The position numbers were made by a program, and so were the translations under genes. A stretch of DNA of 64,000 nt from NCBI GenBank assembly GCA_051252135.1, contig JBPOGH010000012.1, positions 71,098 to 135,097 of the forward strand, written 5' to 3'. The notes under the pieces were generated by a model that saw nothing but the letters and a program-made list of their open reading frames with translations, was not told where the DNA came from and did no database searches. The DNA comes from Verrucomicrobiaceae bacterium. Lineage in GTDB: Bacteria > Verrucomicrobiota > Verrucomicrobiia > Verrucomicrobiales > Akkermansiaceae. Shown piece after piece: positions 28,261 through 39,000 of the stretch (position 1 is the stretch's first letter; each line of letters opens with the position of its first letter).

Positions 28261-31200
28261 ATGCTCAACAAGCTCATCAACTTCTCCCTCGCTCAGCGCG
28301 CCCTCATCATCGCGCTCGCCGTGATCGTGCTCCTCTTGGGCATCCGCCAAACCACCGAGCTTCCCGTCGACGTCCTCCCCGATCTCACCAAGCCCACCGT
28401 CACCATCCTCACCGAGGCCCCCGGACTCTCTCCCGAGGAAGTCGAAACCCGCGTCACCCTTCCCCTCGAGGCCTCCCTCATGGGCGTCAATGGCCTCAAC
28501 CGCCTCCGCACCATCAGCGACATCGGCCTCTCCCTCACTTTTGTCGAGTTCGATTGGGGCACCGACATCTATCAGGCCCGCCAGTTCGTCCAGGAAAGAC
28601 TCTCTTCCGCCGAGCTCCCTGAAAACGTCAGCCCCTACATGACTCCCGCCACTTCCTTGATGGGAAATATCATGCTCGTCTCCCTCATCGACCCCTCCGG
28701 AGAAACCTCACCGCAAGAGCTCCGCACCCTCGCCGATTGGGTCGTCGCCCGCCGTCTCCAATCCATCCCCGGCATCGCCGAAGTCCTCCCCATGGGCGGC
28801 GGCATCCGCCAAATCCAGGTCCAGCCCGACCCCGAACGCATGCTCGCCCTCGGCGTCACTTACGATGAACTTCGTACCGCCGTTTCCCAAGCCGTCCGAA
28901 ACACCACCGGTGGATACATCGAAAACGAATCACAGGAAATCATGGTGCGAAATCTCGCCATGACCACCGACCTCAACCTCCTCGCCCAAACCGTGGTTCG
29001 CTTCAAAAACGACCGCCCGCTCCAACTCAAGGACGTGGCCAAAGTTGTCTGGGGCACCGAACCCATGCGTGGCGACGCCGGAGCGACTTACGCATCCCCG
29101 GAAGCTCCCACCACAGGCGAAGCCGGAGGTCTAAAATCATATCCGGCCGTCATCCTCTCCATCACCAAAGCCCCCGGATTCGACACCCTCGCTCTCACCA
29201 CCGAACTCGAATCCGCCCTCGACGACCTCCGCGACACCCTTCCCGAAGGCACCAAGCTCCAGGTCTCCTACCGCCAGGCCGACTACATCAACCTCTCCCT
29301 CCACAACCTCCAGGAAGCACTCCTCCACGGCGCCATCATGGTCGCCCTTGTCCTCGTCCTCTTTCTCCTCAACTTCCGCATCACCCTCATCACCCTCACC
29401 GCCATCCCGCTCTCACTCGCGATTTCGGTTCTCGTCTTTTCCTTCTTCGATCTCGGCATCAACTCAATGACCCTCGGGGGCTTCGCCGTCGCCATCGGCA
29501 TGGTGGTCGATGACGCCATCGTCGATGTCGAAAACGTCTACCGCCGCCTCCGCGAAAACCCCGGCAAGCCCCGCCTCCCCATCATCGCCGCCGCCTCTTC
29601 GGAAGTCCGCTCTTCCATCCTCTACGCCACCGTCCTCATCATCCTCGTCTTCGTTCCCCTCCTCTCCCTCTCCGGAGTCGCGGGCCGACTCTTCGCCCCC
29701 ATCGCCTTCGCCACCATCATCAGCATGGCGGCTTCCTTCCTCGTCTCCCTCACCGTCATCCCCGTCCTCGCCTCCTTCCTTCTGCGTCCCAAGCCAGACC
29801 AGGAACACCGCGATGGCATCTTCCTCCGCCTCATCAAGGGAACCTTCGAGCACACCTTCCTCCGCTTCACTCTCGCCCAGCCCTTCGTCATCCTCGCCCT
29901 CGCCGCGCTCCTCGTCGTCGTTGGCGCCGCCATCTTCCCCACCATGGGAAGCAACTTCCTCCCCACCTTCCGCGAGCCCACCACCGTCATCGCCACCGCC
30001 GCCAGCCCCGGCACCTCACTCGAGAAAACCAGCGAAATCTCCCACACCGCCATGCGCCTCATCGCCGAAATCCCGGAGGTCGAATCCGTCGGCTTCCGCG
30101 CGGGCCGCGCTGAAAATGGCGACCACGTCGTCCCCGTCTCCACCGTCGAGTTCGAGGTCGAATTCCACAAAGAGTTCGACCGCCCCAAGGAAGAAGTCAT
30201 CGAAGACCTCCGCCTCGCCATGCAAGGCCTCCCCGGCACCTTCTCCGCCATGAGCACTCCCCTCGGAGACCGCATCGGCCACATGCTCTCCGGCGTCGCC
30301 GCCAAGGTCGCCGTCAAAATCACCGGGCCCGATCTCGACACCCTCTCTTCCCTCGGGAATGAAGTCGCCCGCATCGCCCGCGAAATCCCCGGCCTCGAGG
30401 AAGCCCGCCCCGAACCCCAGTCCGCCATCCCCCAGCTCCGCATCGAGCCCAATCACGACCGCCTCCTCGCCTACGGACTCACCCCCGGCAAGCTCAATGA
30501 CGAACTCGCAAGCCTCATCGGAGGACAAGTCATGACGCAGGTCTACGATGGCCAACGCACCTACGACCTCGTCGTCCGCCTCCCCGAAGAATGGCGCGAA
30601 AGCCCCAAAAAACTCGGCGACCTCTACCTCGACACCCAATCCGGCATCCAGGCCCCACTCCGTGATCTCGCCAACATCCGCCAAGCCAGCGGACCCAACA
30701 ACATCATGCGCGAGAACACCCAGCGCCGCTTCGTCGTCTCCATCAACCCCACCTCGGAAAATCTCGTCGAACTCGTCGACCAGCTAAAAGAAAAAATCGC
30801 CGCCGAGCTCGACCTTCCCGATGGCTACCTCATCACCTACGAGGGCGACTACCTTGCCCAAAAAGAAGCAACCGAAAAAATCCTCTTCTCCTCCCTCATC
30901 CTTCTCCTCGTCGTCATCTTCCTCCTCTACTCCTACTTCCGCAGCGTCAATTTCACCCTGCAGGTCCTCATCGACATCCCCATTGCCCTCACCGGGGGCA
31001 TCCTCCTCACCCGCCTCACCCTCAATAACGTCTCCATCGCCACCCTCGTCGGATTCATCGCCATCGCCGGCATCTCCGCCCGCAACTCCATCATGATGAT
31101 CTCCCACTACCTCCACCTCATGACCCATGAGAACGAGAGCTTCTCACGCGAGATGATCACCCGCGGAACCCTCGAACGCCTTGTCCCCGTTCTCATGACC

Positions 31201-31446
31201 GCCATCTCCGCCGGCGTCGCCCTTTTACCACTCACCATGAATTTAGGCTTCCTCCCACTCGTCGAACCAGGTGACCCCTCCACCGCACCCGGAAAAGAAA
31301 TCCTCAACCCCGTCGCTGTCGTCATCGTCGGCGGCCTCATCACCTCAACCCTTTTCGGACTGCTGGTCACCCCGGCCGTCTTCTGGCTCTTTGGCGAAAA
31401 ATCAGCCGCCAAAGCAATCCTCGCCAAGCCCATCGCTTCCCAATAA
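28261..31446 (+). CDS. Heavy-metal RND efflux permease (CzcA/CusA family)
   Basis: LPVDVLPD, AIGMVVDDAIVDVEN, ERLVPVLMTA and AVVIVGGL motifs; 1061 aa. Confidence 0.95.
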   Translation: MLNKLINFSLAQRALIIALAVIVLLLGIRQTTELPVDVLPDLTKPTVTILTEAPGLSPEEVETRVTLPLEASLMGVNGLNRLRTISDIGLSLTFVEFDWGTDIYQARQFVQERLSSAELPENVSPYMTPATSLMGNIMLVSLIDPSGETSPQELRTLADWVVARRLQSIPGIAEVLPMGGGIRQIQVQPDPERMLALGVTYDELRTAVSQAVRNTTGGYIENESQEIMVRNLAMTTDLNLLAQTVVRFKNDRPLQLKDVAKVVWGTEPMRGDAGATYASPEAPTTGEAGGLKSYPAVILSITKAPGFDTLALTTELESALDDLRDTLPEGTKLQVSYRQADYINLSLHNLQEALLHGAIMVALVLVLFLLNFRITLITLTAIPLSLAISVLVFSFFDLGINSMTLGGFAVAIGMVVDDAIVDVENVYRRLRENPGKPRLPIIAAASSEVRSSILYATVLIILVFVPLLSLSGVAGRLFAPIAFATIISMAASFLVSLTVIPVLASFLLRPKPDQEHRDGIFLRLIKGTFEHTFLRFTLAQPFVILALAALLVVVGAAIFPTMGSNFLPTFREPTTVIATAASPGTSLEKTSEISHTAMRLIAEIPEVESVGFRAGRAENGDHVVPVSTVEFEVEFHKEFDRPKEEVIEDLRLAMQGLPGTFSAMSTPLGDRIGHMLSGVAAKVAVKITGPDLDTLSSLGNEVARIAREIPGLEEARPEPQSAIPQLRIEPNHDRLLAYGLTPGKLNDELASLIGGQVMTQVYDGQRTYDLVVRLPEEWRESPKKLGDLYLDTQSGIQAPLRDLANIRQASGPNNIMRENTQRRFVVSINPTSENLVELVDQLKEKIAAELDLPDGYLITYEGDYLAQKEATEKILFSSLILLLVVIFLLYSYFRSVNFTLQVLIDIPIALTGGILLTRLTLNNVSIATLVGFIAIAGISARNSIMMISHYLHLMTHENESFSREMITRGTLERLVPVLMTAISAGVALLPLTMNLGFLPLVEPGDPSTAPGKEILNPVAVVIVGGLITSTLFGLLVTPAVFWLFGEKSAAKAILAKPIASQ

Positions 31447-31465
31447 AACAAAAACAAATCAGAAT

Positions 31466-31996
31466 ATGAAAAATACCACCAAAGCCACCATCGCCCTTCT
31501 TGGGCTCCTCCTTTCCCCTTCCGCTTTCGCCGAAGAGAAAGATCACGATCACGAAGCTCACGAAGAGCACGCCCATCAAATCAAAGCGCCCAACGGCGGC
31601 CGCATCATCCACGATGTCGAACCCCACGCCGAGTTCTTCATCACCAAGGATCGCAAAGTCCAAATCACCTTCGTCGATGACGACGGAAAAGGCATCGCTT
31701 CAGATCAAACCGTCAAAGCCATCGGCGGCGAGCGCGCCAAGCCCACCAAGTTCACCTTCGCCAAAACCCCCACCGGTTTCCTCTCCAACGAAAAACTCCC
31801 CGAAGGCAACCTCGTCCCCATCGTTCTCACCTTCTCTCACGACGGTGCCAACAAGCGAATCAAGTTCAACGTCAACATGGCCGACTGCCCCACCTGCGAC
31901 CACCTCGAATACGCCTGCACCTGCGACCACGACCATGACGATCACGAAGGCCACGACCACGCCAAGGGCGAAGGTCATGATCACGACAAAGACTAA
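31466..31996 (+). CDS. Secreted His/Cys-rich putative metal-binding protein
   Basis: Signal peptide ending AFA, His-rich N-terminus, APNGGR, CPTCDHLEYACTC and an HD-repeat tail. Confidence 0.8.
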   Translation: MKNTTKATIALLGLLLSPSAFAEEKDHDHEAHEEHAHQIKAPNGGRIIHDVEPHAEFFITKDRKVQITFVDDDGKGIASDQTVKAIGGERAKPTKFTFAKTPTGFLSNEKLPEGNLVPIVLTFSHDGANKRIKFNVNMADCPTCDHLEYACTCDHDHDDHEGHDHAKGEGHDHDKD

Positions 31997-32040
31997 CTCC
32001 CTGTCTAATCAAAGCGGCGCTCCCTGAGCGCCGCCCTCCC

Positions 32041-32067
32041 AAACCGCCGCCCCTCGGCGGTTTTTTT
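32041..32067 (+). terminator. Intrinsic terminator of the metal efflux operon
   Basis: AAACCGCCG-cccct-CGGCGGTTTTTTT, preceded by a second hairpin GCGGCGCTC-cct-GAGCGCCGC. Confidence 0.85.
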
Positions 32068-32078
32068 GTGCACATCCG

Positions 32079-32867
32079 CTACCGGCGGCGAACACCCAAC
32101 GTCACCAACCCGAACAATACCGTCAGCAAACTCGTCGACGGTTCGGGCACCGATAAAAACTCACTGGGACTAAGCACGGTATCGGAAATTCGAATCTCAT
32201 CGAGATCCCCGCCAAAAAAGCGCCCACCGTTCCTCGCTCTCCCGAACTCGAGCTCCCGCGTATTCGCTGCCGACGTTCCGGCTACCAGAGTTCCTTGGGA
32301 AGTGCCATCGACAAAGAGTTCGATCTCATTTCCATCGTAGGTTCCCGCGACGTGGTGCCAGGAATTGTCATAGAGATCAGTGACGCTTGCGACCCCTGGA
32401 AAACTACTCCCGTTTCCAATCCCGAAGGCAAGCACCCCATTCCCTGCTCCCGTCTGAAAAAACCAACCCGTGTTGTCTCCGAACCCATGCGACTTATCCA
32501 CCAAAAGCTCCTGCCCGCCTCCTACCGGCGCAGCACTTCGCATCCAAAATTCCACCGTAAAGGCAGCTCCTGCCCCATTCATAAATGCGGGACTTGGCGC
32601 AGTGACCACCGCACTGGAACCATTGAATCCCAATCCCACCGTATTGGGTGCTCCCGTTGCGGGAATCGCACTCACCGGAACCGCCCCAATATAGGATGGA
32701 CTTCCCGCCGGAGTGCCATGATTCCCCCCTACGGAGTCGATCACGGTGCTGGAACCCGTTGCCGCATTCCCCGCAGTCCCCTCCTCAAAACGCCAATAAT
32801 TGGTCGTTGCCGCATGAGACGATTGGGAAAAAAAGACCGCCAGTAGAATCGAATATCGTGGTTTCAT
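32079..32867 (-). CDS. LamG-like jellyroll protein with PEP-CTERM sorting signal
   Basis: YWRFEE, FTVEFW, WHHVAGTYDG, LDEIRIS; C-terminal VPEPST-TM-RRR. Confidence 0.92.
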   Translation of the reverse strand: MKPRYSILLAVFFSQSSHAATTNYWRFEEGTAGNAATGSSTVIDSVGGNHGTPAGSPSYIGAVPVSAIPATGAPNTVGLGFNGSSAVVTAPSPAFMNGAGAAFTVEFWMRSAAPVGGGQELLVDKSHGFGDNTGWFFQTGAGNGVLAFGIGNGSSFPGVASVTDLYDNSWHHVAGTYDGNEIELFVDGTSQGTLVAGTSAANTRELEFGRARNGGRFFGGDLDEIRISDTVLSPSEFLSVPEPSTSLLTVLFGLVTLGVRRR

Positions 32868-32968
32868 AGGAGCTTAAAAATGAAGGAACGGACTCTACTC
32901 AATCACATCTCGCTAAAATGTCGAGCTTTGCTGAAAGTTTCCACTACCAAACAACTCCACCGCGCAGC

Positions 32969-35938
32969 CTACTGCAGACCAAAACCCACCCGAAAAAACC
33001 GCGGAGTTTCCGGTGTCGGGTCCACCTCTGAAACATAGGCCCAGCCATTATTCAGAGGCGGCAAGGGTGCCAAATTCGAGTCAACAAGGACCGTCGACCA
33101 ATTGATCAAATCGTCACTCGCCTCAACAATCACACGAAGGTCGGAAGCATCGGCATTGTAGCGGAAACCCACCACCGCACCATCAGCACTGGCATCAAGA
33201 CTCAAGCGCGCCCCCGGCGCATCCACCACCGTGGGATCGAGCCCCAGGTAATACTCTTCAATAAGAGTGTAGCCATCCCCATCAGGATCAGCACTGTCCG
33301 GCTGGTTGTCCGCCCCCAATAAATCGTTCTTCCACGAAACAAAGGTCAGAGGATAGACCGGATCCGCACTCACCGCAGGACCTGTCCCGCTTTGATTCGT
33401 CGTCGACTGATTGAGGACAATTTTATCAATCATCGCCCCCGGTTCACGCATCCAGATATCGATCGTGTGCACCCCTGCATCCAGAGCAAAAGTGCTCGTA
33501 GAACGCTCCCAGTCCCATTGGTTTCTCGAAAGATTCAAGGAACGAAAATTGCTCGTGTTCCCATCCACTGTCACAAACAGCGAGTCACTGCTCCCATCCA
33601 ATCCTTGGGCCCGCACGTGGACCACATAATCGTCCGCATTTGAGATCAACACCTGGTAGGAAACCGATGGCCCCTCCCCGGGGAGATCTTCACGATTTCC
33701 TGAGTTGGGAAGAGCTTGCAGCGCATTGTCCACAGCCGCCCCGGATGCCCCGCTGACCGTAACCTCATCCCAGCTCTTACCCACCCCGGCGGATTTGGAA
33801 GTATAACCCTCCGCCTCCATCACGACCTGCCCGCCCGCCTCAAGATAGGATCCAAAGCCGACACTCGAATCAGTGACCGTAAGACTCAGCCCCTGATGAT
33901 CCGTATCCCCGTCGGCATCCGTCACGGTCACTACGAAATTAAAGACCCCAACTTCACGCAACCGACCAAAAAAGACCCCATCGGGCCCCAGTTGGATCCC
34001 GGTGGGCAGATTCCCGGCAGAAGACCAGGTAAAGGGAGCATCCCCCCCGTCAACAACCAGACCGAGCGAGTAGTAATCGTTGTAGTGAACACCGGCGAGG
34101 GACGTCGTCGCAACAGTCGGGAAAAGATCGACCACCTCCGCAGTCAGCGAAAAATTGTCCTCGTCAAAATCACCATCCGCATCCGTCACCCGCAACGTGA
34201 AGGTGGCAACTCCGGCCGCGGTCGCCGTCCCGCTGATCTCGCCGGTCGCCGTATTCAGGGACAAGCCGCCCGGCAAACTCCCCGAGCTGAGAGTGAATGA
34301 TATCGGCGCATTCCCCTGCGTCGCGGCAGCCGTTGCCGAGTAGGCCACATTGACAGATGCATTCGGAAATGAAGTCGTCGTCAGCATCGGAGTCGTATCC
34401 GCCGCACCCGGAGCGGTAAAGCTGCCCGCAGGCCCCAGATCATAAGACGGTCCCACATCACCACGCACCAGCGGCTCTCCAATCGCCGCTCCAGTTGCCC
34501 CATATTCCAGCGCTCCCACATCAATGTTTCCATCACTCCGGATTTTCCCAATCGCATCGGATGTCGTCGCCGGGCTGTAGCTACTCCCGGCGTCAACCGA
34601 GTTGCTCGAAGCACCCGGAACGAAATACCCCAATGAACCACTCAGGCCGTGATTCGGATCCACCCCGTAGGTCACCCCGTTGAGCCCCGTCGCCCCATAC
34701 GTCCCGTCAGGGTGGTAAACGATATTCCCATCGAAGCTAACCGCACTCGCTGACATCTGCAGATTGATCACATCGGAACCCGAGGAATCACTTTGCACCA
34801 AATTATTGATCACCCGGGTCCCCGTCGGTGAAACATTGTCCGACTTGTCCTCGCCAAGATTGATCGGCACTTCGCAGTTGATGAACGTGTTGTTCGCAAT
34901 CAACGCATTGTGCGGAGTCTCATAACCGGTCGAGATATCCGAACTCGGCCAATCACTGTCCCCCATCATCAGAACCAACGAAGCTCGAAGACCCGTACCC
35001 CCGATGTTCTCAAAGTAATTGTTCCTCACAATATGGTCCTCACCAATGATCCGCACCCCGGACTCCCGATCCCCACCTGTCCCGAAAAAGAAGTTCCCCT
35101 CCACAAGGCACGCATCTCCGTGGCGAAGCGTCAGCTGCCCATCACAATCACGGAAGGTATTGTGTCGATAGATATTCCCCTTCGACTTGTTTGAAATGAC
35201 CTCGGGTTCACCTCCCGCGCTGCTCACAATCGTTTGGTAGAAATAGTTGCGCTCCACCGTGATGCTCATGTCATACCCTTGACGGCTGCTGTCACTGACC
35301 CGGATCGCTTCGTAGCCATTTGGCCCGATGACCGTGCGAGGCCCAAAGTAGTTGTGATCAATCCGGTGCAGGCGCTTCGTGTTGGGATCGTTCTCATTGC
35401 TCGGATCGGGCTTCACAAAAATCGTCGTGTTCCCACTCACCTTTCCTTCCAGCGTGTTGTGATCAAAACGGTTCTCATACCCTTCCATGAACACCCAGGG
35501 CCCGTAGGTAAACCCATCGTCAAAGTCATGGATCCGGCAGTTCGTAATCCGGCAATTCCGCGAGTTGTCATTGAAGATGAAAACCCCATCGCCGGTGCTC
35601 GGCGAACCGTTCCCGTCAAAAACAAGCCCCGCCAGGGTGATGTGCTCACCATCGAGGACGAAGCTTGCCTTCCCCTCAAACTTCGCCCCCCCGAGCGGAT
35701 TCGCGTAAATCACAATCGGCGCTCCGGCCGTACCCGTTCCGCGAAAAATCTTGGTGTTCAGCCCCGCGTAAGTCCCCCCTGTAATCTCAACCGTATCCCC
35801 TGCCTGAAGAGTCGTGGGAAGGGAGTTAAAGTCTGCGACCGACGAGACGGTATAATTCGTCGCCGAAAGCGGAAGCGCCGGAGCACAGAAAAGTAAACAG
35901 GATACCAGGCCTCGAAAGACCAACGACGGGGAATGCAT
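32969..35938 (-). CDS. Polysaccharide lyase family 6 (alginate lyase/chondroitinase B-like) with Ig-like repeats and a putative carbohydrate-binding module
   Basis: Beta-helix with NGYEAIR, EVISNKS and LTLRHG (PL6 Lys/Arg catalytic motifs); two GSLPGGLSL...ISGT Ig repeats; MEAE module. Confidence 0.88.
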   Translation of the reverse strand: MHSPSLVFRGLVSCLLFCAPALPLSATNYTVSSVADFNSLPTTLQAGDTVEITGGTYAGLNTKIFRGTGTAGAPIVIYANPLGGAKFEGKASFVLDGEHITLAGLVFDGNGSPSTGDGVFIFNDNSRNCRITNCRIHDFDDGFTYGPWVFMEGYENRFDHNTLEGKVSGNTTIFVKPDPSNENDPNTKRLHRIDHNYFGPRTVIGPNGYEAIRVSDSSRQGYDMSITVERNYFYQTIVSSAGGEPEVISNKSKGNIYRHNTFRDCDGQLTLRHGDACLVEGNFFFGTGGDRESGVRIIGEDHIVRNNYFENIGGTGLRASLVLMMGDSDWPSSDISTGYETPHNALIANNTFINCEVPINLGEDKSDNVSPTGTRVINNLVQSDSSGSDVINLQMSASAVSFDGNIVYHPDGTYGATGLNGVTYGVDPNHGLSGSLGYFVPGASSNSVDAGSSYSPATTSDAIGKIRSDGNIDVGALEYGATGAAIGEPLVRGDVGPSYDLGPAGSFTAPGAADTTPMLTTTSFPNASVNVAYSATAAATQGNAPISFTLSSGSLPGGLSLNTATGEISGTATAAGVATFTLRVTDADGDFDEDNFSLTAEVVDLFPTVATTSLAGVHYNDYYSLGLVVDGGDAPFTWSSAGNLPTGIQLGPDGVFFGRLREVGVFNFVVTVTDADGDTDHQGLSLTVTDSSVGFGSYLEAGGQVVMEAEGYTSKSAGVGKSWDEVTVSGASGAAVDNALQALPNSGNREDLPGEGPSVSYQVLISNADDYVVHVRAQGLDGSSDSLFVTVDGNTSNFRSLNLSRNQWDWERSTSTFALDAGVHTIDIWMREPGAMIDKIVLNQSTTNQSGTGPAVSADPVYPLTFVSWKNDLLGADNQPDSADPDGDGYTLIEEYYLGLDPTVVDAPGARLSLDASADGAVVGFRYNADASDLRVIVEASDDLINWSTVLVDSNLAPLPPLNNGWAYVSEVDPTPETPRFFRVGFGLQ

Positions 35939-36028
35939 GGGAGAGTTTTTGGGGACGGGGAAACCTGATCCTGCATTTTACAGACCGCAAATCGAGAAAA
36001 ATGGATCGCTGCTTGGGAGCAAAAAAAC

Positions 36029-39000
36029 CTACGGGCTCACACTCACACTCGTCCCTCCTTCGGTCGTCACCGAAACCGGGGCTCCCCCTGCCGCCGGAAC
36101 GAAGACCCCAATCCGATCATTGTCGATCACCGAGGACCAAACATCGACCCCGTCATTCGTAAACGGCCCGCCATCAGTCACCACCGCTCCCCCGAAGGAA
36201 ACACTCACCTGCCCTTCAATAAATCCCGACCCCGTCAAGGTCGACGAAGTCGATGGCGTTGCCGATGACACCGCGGTCAACGTCGGCACAACTTGCAACA
36301 GCTTGGAACTTCCACCACTGAGGACCGTCGCCTTCCCGGTCCTCGCCGCATTTGGCACCTGAAACGTCAACGAGGTTCCCGCTCCATTGATCGAGGTCGG
36401 CTCCACTGTGATAATAAACGGTGACCCGGCCGAGCTCATTCCCTCCACCGTCACCTTCGTCATTCCATCCACAAAACCCACTCCGGTGAGCGTCGCCACC
36501 TGACCCACATTCGCAGAGGCCTCACCCCCCAACGCCGGAGTTCCGCTGGCCGCCACCACCGTCAAATCCGAAACATCGGTAACCCGCCCCGAGGATCCCC
36601 CTTCGGTGATCACCTCATAAGGCAATTCTCCGTTCGCCGGGACAAACACCGAAAGCCGATCATTAAACTCGGAGGAAGACCACACATCAATCCCGTCATT
36701 CGTAAACGGCCCTCCGTCCACCACCGAAGCCGGACCAAATCTCGCCGTCACAAATCCTTCGATAAATCCCGTCCCCGAGATCGTCGTCGTCTTCCCTTTC
36801 CCCCCGTTGATCGCCGTCACCCGGGGAACAATTTGTAAAAGTTCGCCACCGCCACCGTTCATCACGGTCGCAACCCCCGTCCGCGCTTCAAAAGGCACCA
36901 CAAAGGTCAGACTCGACCCATCGGGAGCCACCGTCGCCGGATCGATCGTCGTGATCGACGGCGTCCCGCTGAAGCTCATCGACTCCAAAGTCACCTTCGT
37001 CAATCCCGCCGCAAAGCCCCCTCCCTGAAGAGTCACCGTCTGCCCCACGTTCGCCGAAGACTCCAGCCCATCCGTCGGCGTCCCGGTCTCCGATGTAGCC
37101 ACCACCTGGGTCACATCGCTCACCCGCCCCGATGATCCCCCCTCCGTGATCACCTGATAGGGCAGATCACCTTCCAGAGGCACAAACACCGATATCCGGT
37201 CATTCGCCGTCACGGATGCCCACACATCAATCCCATCATTCGTGAAGGGCCCGCCATCGACCACCGATGACCCGCCAAACGTCGTCGTCACCCACCCTTC
37301 AATAAATCCGCTGCCAGAAATCGTGGTCGACCGCCCCCGTCCCCCGTTGATCGCCGTCACCCGGGGAACAATCTGCAGCAACTCCCCTCTCCCTCCGTCG
37401 ATCACTGCCACCTGCCCCGTGCGAGCTTCCGGTGGTACGATGAATATCAGAGTCGTCCCGTCGCCACTAACCGACTCCGGATCGATCGTCGTAATCAATG
37501 GCGTCCCTCCCGAGTTCATCGCTTCCAGGGAAATCTTCGTCACCCCCTCCTGATAACCCTCTCCCACCAAGGTCACCGTCTGCCCCACATTCGCGGAATC
37601 CTCCCCCGCAATCGCGGGCGTCCCCGTTTCGGATACCGAGCTCATCACAACCAAATCCGATAAACGCCCCGAGGCCCCTCCTTCGGTCACGATTTGATAT
37701 GGCAAATCTCCATCCAACGGCACAAACACCGAAATCCGGTCACTGTTCTCAACCGACGACCACACATCCACCCCGTCATTCGTAAACGGCCCACCATCCA
37801 CCACCTCCACAGACCCAAACCGCGCCGTCACCAGACCTTCCGTAAACCCGCTCCCCGAGATCGTGGTCGTCCGCCCCCGCCCGCCACTGATCGCCGTCAC
37901 CCGGGGCACCACTTGAAGGAAATCACCTCCCGCCGCTCCCACCACACTCACCACCCCCGTGCGCGATCCATACGGCAGAGTGAAGTGGACAAAGTCCCCA
38001 AGCGGCCCCACCTCATCCGGAACAATGGTCTGAATCGAGGGCGTCCCTCCCGTCGACACAAATTCCGCCACCACCATCGTCTCCACTCCAAATCCCTCTC
38101 CCTCAATTCTCACTTCCTGACTCACATTTGCCGAAGCCTCACCGGCGTCCAGCGGCGTCCCTGTTTCAGACACCGCGATCACCGCCGTGACATCCCCCGT
38201 CACCCCCGAGGAACCCCCGTCCGTCACCACCACATAGGGCAAACTTCCATTCTCCGGCACCGTCGTCCCAAGCCTGCCGTTCGCAATGTTGCCAGCATAA
38301 ACATCGATCCCGTCGTTCGTGAACGGCCCGCGATCCACCACCGCCACCGTTCCAAACCGCACCGAACTCCGCCCCTCCACAAAGCCCGATCCCGAAATCG
38401 TCACCGACCTCTTGGGTCCTCCCCCGCTAATCTCCGTCACCACCGGCACAATCTGAAGCGATAGCTTGGTCGTCCCATCGGGAAGTGTAATCTCTCCGGT
38501 CACCGCACTGTCCGGCACCAACACATTCCCGGACCTCCCGTCACCCGCGATCTCAGTTAGCCCAACTTCCACGCTACCCAACGACCCTCCCGAACTCATC
38601 GTCGGAAAAGTCACCCGCGACGCTCCGTCAAAATTCGCACCCGTCACAAAAATCGTCTGGCCCACATTGGCCGATGACGAAAAGCGATCCCGCGGTGTCC
38701 CCACGAGCGCCTCCGCCAAAAGAGGCCCTTTCCGAAAGGTCGTCGTAAATCCCGTCGCCAACCGGTTGCCCCGTAGGTCCGCAATCGTATCCAGCAACTC
38801 CACCCGATAAAGATCATCCTCAAACTCCACTGTCGGCTGCACGATGATCACATTGCCATCCTCACTCAGACCCACCGAATATTCAGTCACCACCACATCA
38901 TCCCCCGTCCCCAACATCCCGTCCACTCCCGCTCTCGTCACCAAAACACTCCCGGTCGTCACCGTTGACGGATCAACTGCCTCACTCAAGGCAAGGTTCA

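Noticed and set aside
36029..38720. Periodic repeats considered as a CRISPR array or mobile element
   Set aside because: The period is ~540 bp, in frame and degenerate at synonymous sites, so these are protein domain repeats; no cas or transposase genes are present.
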